A stretch of DNA of 63,984 nucleotides, filler included, from Thelocarpon superellum (Eukaryota): assembly GCA_026025795.1 (NCBI GenBank). It is 3 parts of 3 records of this genome, joined end to end, with 100 filler letters (N's around TTAATTAATTAA, not from the genome) between each part and the next. Parts side by side here need not be neighbours in the genome. Positions count along the whole stretch, not along the records: positions 21,839 to 43,534 come from JAPEUG010000306.1; 2 more parts are not named here. One strand, given 5' to 3'. The number at the start of each line of letters is the position of its first letter. The first letter of the stretch is position 1. Shown here in pieces: positions 23,745 to 34,454 of this stretch. Both the position numbers and the translations under genes were made by a program. The notes under the pieces were generated by a model. It saw only the letters and a list, made by a program, of their open reading frames with translations, ran no database searches and was not told the DNA's origin.

Positions 23745-23983
23745 CTATTTCAAGCCGGGCTGTCTTTTCAACGTCTTGTAGTTTCACAGCTACGTTTCAA
23801 CTATTCGCCGCATGGACATGCAATGCTTCTTGATGATGGTCAAGTAACACTATAAGATGCCGCGGCTGTCCCAGCCAGACTGTCGCGGATGGGTCCGGCA
23901 CTGCTCTCTTTCCTGCTCATTATTTCCACCATCACGCTCCCTGAGAATCGAGCAAAAAAGTGCATTTGCGTGCTTTGGCCAAG

Positions 23984-24482
23984 ATGCAGTATTTTCAGGT
24001 ACGTTTGCCTCATCTTCCGGGAGGTGCAGCGGTGGCTCGCTGGTGCCCGTCAGACGATAAACTAACCACCCACCATCGACCAGATCAGCCTGGTATTGTT
24101 AGCCGCGGGCGTCACAGCCACTAGAGCTGCCGGCGTCGCCAACTACACCAGCTACTACGACGATAGCTGCACGAGTGGTAATACCTCGACACTAGGGCCT
24201 TTGGGCGCATGTGTTGCAATGGCTCTTCTACCGAACATCGCAGTGGCCGTGTCCAACACGACGACTCTCGGCGCCAACGTGCATTGCTCCACCCAGTTCT
24301 TCCTGGACGCGGGCTGTACCCAGTGGGCTACGGACTCGTTGGACTTTCCGCGGCCGCGCGCGTGTTTTGGACAGGTCTCGATAGAAGGCAACTACGTGGG
24401 CGTTCCGTACAACGACAAAGCACGACTGAGCAGTACCACCTACGCCAAGACTGTTTGTCCTTCGGCGTTCCATGGCTATTGA
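23984..24482 (+). CDS. Small secreted cysteine-rich protein (about 137 aa, 6 Cys), effector-like
   Basis: Exon 1 MQYFQ; intron 23999-24083 (GTACGT...ACTAAC...CAG); in-frame ISLVLLAAGVTATRAA signal peptide; several N-glycosylation sequons. Confidence 0.75.
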
Positions 24483-24753
24483 TGATCGTGGTCCGTCTGG
24501 GATGATCGGGTCCAATGCGAGGGTCGCCAGTGACGCCCGTCTGCGAGGCTGCGTCAGATGGCTGGGCTACCATGGCATTGGATCGAAGCTCGACTGGGGC
24601 CGTGGAGATGGTTGTACTCTGAGGCGTATCATTTCTAGAATTCACGTTCTTCTAACCTACGCCAAGCGCTATGCCCCATGTGCCCTTCTGGCGTTTGTAA
24701 GCATACGCTGGTATGCAGGTGGAGTGGAGCCGTCGTTGGTCGTGCGTCCAATC

Positions 24754-26135
24754 TCATTCCTCGACCTGGGTCTCATCCTCATCCTCGTCATCTTCTTCAT
24801 CTTCCTCCTCCTCGACCACGTCGATGGCCGCTTGGGTCGAAGCCCGTGGCCCGTCCCACTTCAAGAGGGCTTGTTGTTGGTCGTCGCTCGTCCACACCGA
24901 GCCCATTCTCATGTCCGGTGACTCGTGCACCAGCCCGGCCGGCGCGCCGCAGCACCCCATGCTCACGTAGGTCACGTTGCACGCGCAAATGTCCGTGGCT
25001 GCGCCTTGCTGGATCCCACGGCGTGCCTGACGGGCGAGGTCGCGGGGGTTTATTCGCGTACGCTTGGGGCGACAGCGGAGGTCGACTTGGCCCCCCCGCT
25101 TGCGCTTGCGGCAGTCACAGGTGCTGCCACAGTCGCTGCTGCCGGTGCAGGCTCGATTGGCGCAGCGCTGATACGGCTGCGATCCCGCCGCGCAGCCATT
25201 GCGATCGCGATTCGTGTTTGTACACGACAGCCGTAAGTTCGCGAGATGCGCAAGACTTGGGACACTCTGCTGCGGCAGAGCGGCGGCGGCAACTGATGCG
25301 GCGGCTGGCTCGCCGGGTTCCTGCTCGTCCCAGGGGCAGGTGCCATTGACGCACAGCCGCGATGTTACTTCTTCCTCGCCCGAGCCAGTCGAGCTCCCTC
25401 CCCTAATCATCACGTCCGATGGCTCACCCAAGGACGTATCTTCATCCATGTGGCCGACAAACATTCGATTCCTCTGATCCCATGTGAGATAACGAGAGCT
25501 CGGCATGCGCCACTGGATGCGCCCATTCACATATTCGACTTCTGCCGCCTGCAGACCCCGCGAGGCCGCCAGGTCCGGATCGACGCAGTCGCAACTACTC
25601 TGGCACGGTATGAGATATCGTTTTCTGAGTTCCGTTGCTGCCTCCGCGTCACCGTCACCGCCACCCGATCCTGGGGAGTTTGCGTCGGCCGGCTTAGTGC
25701 AGTTGCGCGCCCATGTCGTGGGCACGGGGTGTCCCACGAGCATTGCGGCCCGTTCCGCCATCGTGTAGGGCTGAGCTTCGCATTCGCAGCCAGCATATCG
25801 ACAGAGCGTCGCCACGTTGCCTTTCATCTTATCCACCGCCCAGCGCCACCGATGAGGGATAGGGTAGAGTGACATGGGATTATATGGGTAGAGCGACGAG
25901 GGACCGTCTGGTGGGACCACGTTCCATTCGGTTATGTCGCAGGCCAAGGGATCGTGCATCTAAGTTGCCTCGTAAGCCTCAAGCTTCATCGTGGCAGCGT
26001 GTGGCAGCACGTGACGGGAACGGGGAGGATGAGACCTACAACGGTCGCGGTAACGGTCGCACCGAAGTAGAGAGGGCCGAGCAGTAAGAGAACATGGCAG
26101 TATGGCAGGCCGAGCAAGGGAAGGGAGAGCCACAT
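24754..26135 (-). CDS. Secreted cysteine-rich protein (about 433 aa) with acidic tail
   Basis: Exon 1 (26135-26040) is a hydrophobic leader MWLSLPLLGLPYCHVLLLLGPLYFGATVTATV; phase-0 intron 26039-25960 (GTAGGT...TAG) joins the 401-aa ORF; many Cys, including a C-terminal CACNVTYVSMGCC motif. Confidence 0.72.
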
Positions 26136-27508
26136 GGTGTCGCAACGTTCGCGCACAGATTCAGAGCAAGGGAGGAGGGAGAAGTGCGCAGCATGGCCAG
26201 TCCAGGCGATGGCCGGCAAGACAGTGCGGGACGCGGGATGCGGGACGCTGACCGATTCACCCAGGATCCAAATTCGAGCTCATCACATGGGACGCTCAGG
26301 CGCTCGAGAGCAGTGCTGGGTGGTGGGGCCTAGTTATAGGTGCAGTCCCATGTGTCCGCGATCGAGAGGCTTTCGCTGCTGCTCATAACATGGCTGACAG
26401 CCATGATTATCGGCCTGATGCGAGCATCGGCCACAATCCCGCGGGAAGACGCCGGTTCTGGCGCCGGTGTAGGCTGGACCGGTCCAATCATTCTCGCCGG
26501 GCTGCATGCTGGCCGTCCCAGGAGCTGCAAAAAGCCTCTCGTTGTTGGTTGCGGGCAGCCAATGCCTGTTCGTCGTACCGGTTGGAGTGGATCGGTCGCG
26601 TTGGGTTCGAAAGGTATGGTCCGATGAAGGCATAGACAACAAGGAAGCGAAAGTCAACCCATCCGTCGTGCCCCGCGGGACATTAAAGTGCGCGCCCTGC
26701 GTGCGCCTGTCAGGATTCAGGCCTGGCCTAGCGAGTGATGCCACGCGGGAGACAGCCGGACAGGATGGTGCTGCGGCAGGCCAGCGCGGGTACCGGTGGA
26801 CTGCCTAGTCTACCACTGTTGGCCTCCCGCGCGACTAACATTTTACTGGTACCCATCTGCCGCTCAGTAGCATCCCGTAGAAAGTGCTGCTATCTCGCAA
26901 GTGCGGGGGAACGTCAAGGTCCATGTAAAGAGTGCGCGACCAACGAGGCGACCGGTGAGGGGCGAGGGGCGAGGGGCGATGTTTGGCGAGGGGCGTGGCG
27001 AAGTGGAAGTTCGACCCACCCAACACCGGCATAATTCCCGGCTTGATTGGCACTTCCTGCCCAGAAGCCGACGCATTCCGAGAGGGATTGACGGGCACGG
27101 CGGGGCTGAGGCCAAACTTTCCCATTACTGCCTGGATGGAGGAGTGGCGGTAAGAGAGTGGTGCATGAGCAGAGTCGATCTCGACGGTGGGCTGAGATCC
27201 ATTGTGCGGGTCGTGGTGATGGTCGCGTGCTGGGGGGATCTCCCGTGCGCGAGATCGGAAGTCAAACTCTAGCACTTCACTGTACGGTACTACATGAGGA
27301 CGGAGGCAAGCAACTTCGGACACATGCGTCAAATGCACGACAGAGAGTATCCCAGTCGTCGGGTATATGCGCCACACCCGCTCGGACGAGAATCCTGCCA
27401 CCGCCCGGCCTCCCAACCAGCCAAGCACCCGTATCGCACAACAACCGGGCCGGCAGTGGGATGACATCGACCACCTGCTACCCCATCACCTGTCACCTTC
27501 TGCCGTCC

Positions 27509-28234
27509 ATGGCAGATGAGGAAGAATACCTCGTGCCCCTTCAGGACCAGCGCGTCTTTGGGGCCGGGCTCAAAAGGAAGCGCGTCCAGTTCGTCCCATC
27601 CTCCGCCGCATCTGCCTCCACTCCGCCCGCCTCCGCGGCCGATGGCACTGACGGCGGCCATACCGGAGCCTATTACCTCTCCATCGTCCTGCAGGACCCG
27701 ACCCATTCCGGGTCGACTGACGGACTGCCTCAGAAGCGGGTGGCGGCGGACGAGGGCAAGCGCGATGGAGGTGGGGTGACGTCGGTCTGCGACGTTTGCC
27801 ACCTGCCCATCGACGGCGATCCACACTCCAATGCTGACGAGCCCCGCGATGGCGGGACGAGGCCGCACGAGGCCTCCCTGGCCCATCAGGTCTGCCTCAC
27901 GCACTCTCATCTTCCCTCGCATCTGGACCGGCGACGGAAGGGACTGCAGTATCTGGAGGCCTATGGCTGGGACCCGGATAGTCGCCGCGGCTTGGGTGCA
28001 TCGGGCGATGGCATCCGGGACCCGATCAAGGCTCGGGCCAAGTATGACACGCTCGGCGTTGGCATCACGCGACCTGTGGAAAAAGCCCCCGGCACGACGA
28101 AGGCGAAGGTCGTCAAATTCGATGCCAAACAGGTCCGGCTGCGCGAGGCGGAGGCACGCAAGAAAGGCGAACGTCTTCGCCAGACCTTCTACGGGAACGG
28201 AGAGCTGGAGAAATACCTCGGCCCGCAGGAGTGA
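27509..28234 (+). CDS. G-patch domain protein with zinc-finger-like motif (GPANK1-like)
   Basis: CDVC...HEASLAHQ; G-patch KGLQYLEAYGWDPDSRRGLGASGDGIRDPIK...LGVG. Confidence 0.88.
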   Translation: MADEEEYLVPLQDQRVFGAGLKRKRVQFVPSSAASASTPPASAADGTDGGHTGAYYLSIVLQDPTHSGSTDGLPQKRVAADEGKRDGGGVTSVCDVCHLPIDGDPHSNADEPRDGGTRPHEASLAHQVCLTHSHLPSHLDRRRKGLQYLEAYGWDPDSRRGLGASGDGIRDPIKARAKYDTLGVGITRPVEKAPGTTKAKVVKFDAKQVRLREAEARKKGERLRQTFYGNGELEKYLGPQE

Positions 28235-28422
28235 CGGGCGTAGACGGCCTCGTGTTAGATTTAGTGGGGATGTGACATGAGATGTGAGACATGAGACATA
28301 GTATATATTACTTTACCCCGAGCATCATGATCTACGGAGTGGTAGAGCCCCGGGCAAGTGCAGTCTACGAGGGATGACGCCTCCAGCGCCAGAGACCCGG
28401 TCAAGCCATTCATCCGCCTCGC

Positions 28423-30990
28423 TCATTTGTCCTTCTTGAGCGAAAAGAAGTGATGCTTCTTTTTCTTGTCGTCCTTTTTCTCGTCCTTCCCACTGCTCGA
28501 GCTCTTGATCGGGCGGGGCGAGGCCGGCACGCTCTGGGGCGTCGAGCTACCGTTGGGCGCCCGGCCACCACCCCGTGGCTCCAGCGACATGGAATGCATG
28601 GGGACCGTGGGTGGGACGGGAGCCGCCGCAGCCGTGGGTAGTGACGCGGAGGAGGAAGCCTGGCTCGGCGGCGGGCGTGGCTGTGGCTCGGGTTCGAAGA
28701 GGTGGGAGGGGGCTTTGGGCTTCGGCCGTTCCGACGGGAGATCCAAGCGCCGACGGTCAACGCTCAAGTCGCCCACTTGACGCAGGAAGAGGCTCGGCGT
28801 GATCATGTGCGACGTGGCCAGGATGACTTCGCGATTGCTCGCGCGCGAGAGGTCATAGCAGGCGCGCGCCTCGGCGTATGTCGCCCCGCCCGCCATGAAG
28901 ACGACGACGCGCTGTCGAGGCTCCGACGCCGCCGAGCGAGCTCGGGCCCAGGTCGGCTTGGCACTGCGCAGCGACGTCTGGGAGAGATCGGCGGCGGACG
29001 GCCCGCTGGCGCCGTCCAGCTGCGGTTTGGTAAAGGGAAAAACGTTCTGATCGAGTGTGCCCGCGCCGTACTCTTCGAGCATTGACTTCAGCTTGGGCGA
29101 AAAGCGCGACAAGGCGTATTCTTCGCCCGAGCTGGCCGGCCGCTGCGGTTTGGCGAACAGCGGGGCGGGCGCAGGCTTGCTGTCCTTCAACGGTCGTTGG
29201 ACTCGGGCTCCGAGAAACTCGAGGTTCATGATGACCTCGGCGTCCTGCGGCGGTAGTTGCGCATGGGCCAGCAGTTTCTGCGTGTCGGCGGGGACCAGAC
29301 CGTCCCGCCAGAGGAGGTAGAGCAAGATCAGGCGAAGCCGATCTGCCGCGCCGATGCTCTCATCGTCCAGCAGGCGGACCACTTGGTCCGCCAGGTTTTT
29401 GGGCTTCCGGCCGTCTTCGTCCAATCCGGTGGCCAGTGCCTAGCCTCATTAGTGCAGGCCATGCCATCGACGTCAAACGGGCCCACCTGTTCCACGGACG
29501 CCAGGTCGGGGAGCTTGTTCTGTTGAAAGATGTTCATGCACTCTTGTGCCATGCTCAAGTGTAAGGCATACGCCTCCTTCAGCTCTTGGAACTGGGGGAG
29601 CCCGGCCAGCATGTCCTTGATGGCGTTGAGACTGGTCGCCTGGTCGCCCGAGCTAGCCCCCGGCAGTGAGCGACGTGTGGGCCAGGGATGGAGGGTCCCT
29701 ACCTCTGCGCAAAGTGCGGGTTCTCGTGCAGGAACTTATGGAAGTCGCCCATCAACTTCTCGATGGTGTCCTTCATATGTCGGTGGCGATTCTCCACCCA
29801 GATCTGGTCGCGCTCCCCAATCTCCATATCTTTCACCTCCTCCGTAGGCTCGCCCTCGTTGACGACGGTGCGATACATGACCTTCTCACCCTCGCGAATG
29901 GGCAGCAGATCATGGGCCATGGCCTGGTACGTGAACTCGTGGACCAGTGGCGACGTGAGATCCATGCTCCGATCGACCACGAACAGGGCACCCCGAGGTC
30001 GATTGACCTGGGGCGGAAAATCGGCATGGAAGTGGGCATAGTCGTCCAGATCGTCTTGGATGAAGTGTGCAAGATGGGAACAGAGCACGGCCGCGTCGTG
30101 CGTTGGGATTGCGGGTCGGTAGTAGCGGATGGTGGGATACTCTCCAAGCGAGACGCACAACGAGACGATCTACCAGGCAGGGGAGAGGGTTACCGGGGAA
30201 TCTTTTCATGGGCTTGGTTGGAGGAGCAAGGGCAAGGATACCTTTTGTGCCAGTGATCGCAGGTGTTCCTTGACCAGATTACTACAGGCCGGGTGGAATA
30301 GAACCGGGAAGCTCCACGGGTCGCGGAAAGTGACTAGGTGGGACTCGCGGGGGAAGTAGTCGGCCGAGAGGACGTGGAAGCCCGCGATCATGTCACGGGC
30401 AGTAGGGATCGAGTCCAATCTTGTTCGCATCCGCGAGTCCAGCACTGAGAATCATGTCAGCCTCTCGATGGCCACGTGTGGAAGAGCGGTCGGTGAGGTG
30501 CCCACATCCGGTCCAGATTAGGTAGGCACTCCGGTATCGCCGCCGTTCAAAGTCGGCCATGAGACAGTCGACGATATGGGAGAGAGGCGAGAGGATGTAG
30601 ACGGCATCGGTATCTCGGTTCATGGGTCGCTTCTCCTCAATCTTTTCGATATCTGAGGCGCATCAGCGGCGGCGGACTGGATCGAGATCAAGTGGCTAGG
30701 GAGCCCCCACTCGTAACATTCTGATTCAAGATATCATCTTCGCGCACCACGTTGTCGATGAGCTTCTTACTGGAGCCATCGACCACCAAGACTTTCCACT
30801 ACGATGAATCTCCACATCAGCCGTATGCTCGCCGGCGGTCAGGAATGTCCAGATCATGACGTACCTCCCCGCGGGCCGAGTGCCGGACGGCGTCGAGGAT
30901 GACTAGGATGAGAACGATCGTTAGCATGCTTGACTGCGCATAAGAGGGCAGCGTACGCTCGCGCTGGACATCAATCATGGACAGCGCCAT
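28423..30990 (-). CDS. SEC1: Sec1/Munc18 protein, many exons
   Basis: [76 protein letters not shown]. Confidence 0.95.
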
Positions 30991-31508
30991 GGTGGGGTAG
31001 TCGTGTGCGAGGCCAGTCGCACTCGGTCAGGACGGTCAGACTCGAGGCAGATGCGCCAATCGAGCCAGGATCAGCCCCGAACCCGAAAGGTAAGGAAACA
31101 TGCAGCGAAACGGTCCAATTCATGAGTCCAATCGACCGTGGTGCAGTCGGACAGGCGCGAGTGCGGTGGAGGTGGGATCCGTTGCCTGGGCCGGGCGTGG
31201 CAGCACTGGCGGACTGGTGCGTCGCCGGTCGTCGGTCGACTTGTCCCGCCGTCCCGCTGTCCCGCTTGGATCAAGGTTCGAGCTTCGTCCGGTCAAGGGA
31301 TCCCCGCGGAGCGCGGAGCGGACACTTGACGTAGCCGAGTTTGGGCTGTCAATTTTCGAGACCGATTCACGTCACTATCGAGTCTCTTCGTCGTCACCTC
31401 TTCACGTCCACTCTGTTCCTCCGGGTCAGCCAGCTATTCTTGATTCGAGCTTGACCCTTCTTCGTGACCTTCTGGCCATGATCAAGCCGTGCAAACCCTG
31501 AAGCGGGA

Positions 31509-34038
31509 ATGAATGCAGGCCATGCCCGGCTCGGAGAATGCGTGTTCTGTGCCTCGCGAGCCCGGCTGCTACACCCTGGCCTGTCTCCTTGGACGACTCC
31601 GCGGAGAGCCTCGTCCCAGGCCAGCCTTACAGCAGGTCACTTCCCAAAAGGCGATGTACCCAATGTAAGACGGGTGCGTGCCCGCCCCGATGAGACGGTG
31701 TGTCCCTCCCCACTGGTATGCACCCGTACGGTCACACCAGGCCACCACTCGACGGTGCTAATAGGATCGACAGACAACATCTACCCTGCATGTCCCGGTG
31801 GCAAGACGTCCCACCCTTCGTGGCCGGAGTACCCTCAAGCTGAACATAGGGAAACTCCAACGGGGAACGGCGGAAGAGCCATTAAAGCGCATCATTCGAG
31901 CGCGACTGGATCATCTGACGAGCGATCCGGACGATTCCGTGTGGCGACAGTCGTTGGGCCTAGATCATGCGCATTACGTCGCGGCATTCCGGGACTTCCG
32001 GGACCACGTCATCGCCGGGGCGCTGAAGGAGCGGCAGGAGAGCACACGGCCGAGCCTGGAGACGCTGAGCAACGCATACATCGACGCGGGCGAGGACGGG
32101 ATCGACATGGAATTGCGGTATGCCTTCTTCGCCCGGGTGGTGGAGGCCAACTTCACCGAATCCGACACGCACAACCAGGCGAAGCTGGCCGACCTACGCT
32201 ACCCGCTCGAGTGGTTCCCCGCCACCCGCGCCATCCAACGGACCATCCATCTCCACGTAGGGCCGACCAACTCGGGCAAGACATATCATGCGTTGAAGAA
32301 GCTGGAGGAAGCCAAGTCCGGCGTGTATGCGGGGCCTCTTCGTCTCCTCGCTCATGAGGTCTATGCCCGCCTCAATGCCAAAGGCATCCCTTGTGACCTG
32401 GTCACGGGCGACGAGCGGAAGACCGCAGAGGGGGCGGAGCAGGCGGCGATGAGCAGCTGCACGGTGGAGATGGTGCCCCTGAACGTCGAACTGGACGTGG
32501 CGGTGATTGATGAGATCCAGATGATCGGATCAGCCGACCGGGGCTGGGCCTGGACGCAGGCGCTGCTCGGGCTCAAGGCGAAGGAGCTTCACCTGTGCGG
32601 CGAGGAGCGAACCGTGCCGTTGATTCGTGATCTAGCGACGGCCATGGGCGACAAGCTCGAGATCCACCAATATCAGCGTCTAAGTCCTCTCCAAACCATG
32701 ACGCGAAGTCTCAAGGGCGACCTCAAGGCGCTAGAGAAGGGCGACTGCATCGTCGTATTCTCACGCCTGGGAATCCACGCGATGAAGAAGGACATTGAAC
32801 GGATGACGGGAAAGCGATGTGCGGTGGTATATGGCAGTCTACCACCGGAGACGAGAGCGCAGCAGGCAAGGCTATTCAGCGATCCGAACAACGACTATGA
32901 CTTTCTCGTCGCGAGCGACGCCATTGGCATGGGCCTGAACCTCAGCATCAAGCGCATCATCTTCGAGTCGACGCAACGCAACAACGGGATGGAATTCAAG
33001 ACGCTCGAGGTCGCCGACATCAAGCAGATTGCAGGTCGAGCGGGTCGATATCGAACAGCGCAGCAGGCCACCAGCTCTGAAGAAGATTCAACGACGGACG
33101 AAACCTCCGGCTTGGAGACATCCGCCCTCTCCGCCCTCACCATCTCCGCACCAGCATCCAAAAGCGTGGGGTACGTGACGACGCTAGAAAAGGCCGATCT
33201 GCCCATTGTGCAGCACGCGATGAGCAGCAACGCGGACATCATCACTTCAGCGGGCATCTTTCCCCCGGCCTCCGTTCTGCAACGATTCGCCACCTACTTT
33301 CCCGAGCACACGCCCTTCAGCTACGTGTTGATCCGCCTCCACGAGCTCTCGCAGATCCACGCGCGCTTCCACCTGTGCGCACTAAAAGACCATCTCGCCG
33401 TTGCCGACATCATCCAACCTATTCCCGACCTCTCAATCGCAGACCGCACCACCCTGTGCGCCTCGCCCGCCAGCCTCCGTGATCCACGCGGGCCCAAGAC
33501 GCTGCTCGCCTTTGCGAAATGCGTGGCGCGCCAATCAGGCGGCGACCTGCTCGACATACCCGAGCTAGACCTGGACGTACTGGACCAAGACGCCACCGGC
33601 GGCGGCGGCAGCAGTGGCGAGAGTAACAACAGCAGCTCGGGGGGGAACATCAAACGCGCGTCGCTCCAACCCCTCGAGAGCCTGCACAAAGGCCTGATGT
33701 TATATCTATGGCTCAGCTACCGCTTTGCGGGGGTATTCACGAGCCGCGCGCTCGCCTTCCACGTCAAGGCGCTCACGGAGGCGAAAATCGACGAGGCGCT
33801 GGCCGCGTTCGCGTTCGATCAGAAGGCTCGACATCGCATCAAGCGCGTCAGACGCCAGGCTGTCATTGACTCCCTCAAGCGGGAGATACGAATTGAGGGC
33901 ACGGGTGTGGGTTTGGGCGGGAAGGGCCTTGGTGGCGGTGTCAAGGACGTTGATGAACCGAGTACTGCGTCAAGCGTCCCGCCTGATCTTGCGCTGCCTG
34001 TGAAATGGTCGCTGGAGAAGACAGGGGCGGTGGCCTGA
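31509..34038 (+). CDS. SUV3: Mitochondrial RNA helicase Suv3
   Basis: HVGPTNSGKTYHAL, GPLRLLAHE, DEIQM...RGWAWT, VYGSLPPETR, ASDAIGMGLNL, QIAGRAGR; 5' intron ending at about 31773. Confidence 0.95.
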
Positions 34039-34454
34039 ATCGTTGCTGTACGTATTACCATGTGATATCAACCTATCGGCACTGTCATGATAGACGGATG
34101 GATAAAGAGGGGAAGGAGTCCAATACTTCGTAGACGCATACATGTACATATCACATACGTATACCTATCACCTCACATCATATCACCCACTATGACTCGG
34201 ACTCTGGATCTGACTCTGGCCACTGCTGGTAGTTGCCACTATTTACTCTCATCCCGTCTCCTTCCCTTCTCTTTTCGTCTCTTCTCTCGCTTCTCTTTTC
34301 CCTCTGGTCTATGTACGGATGCTGACTTCCTGGACTGACGATGAAACTGGCTGCAGAGCTCGATGATTTCCTTTTTCAACAACGTCACATGGGTCCACGC
34401 GCACATGAATACGCACACGCATACTTACACGAATTTGAACATATGAGGCTACAG

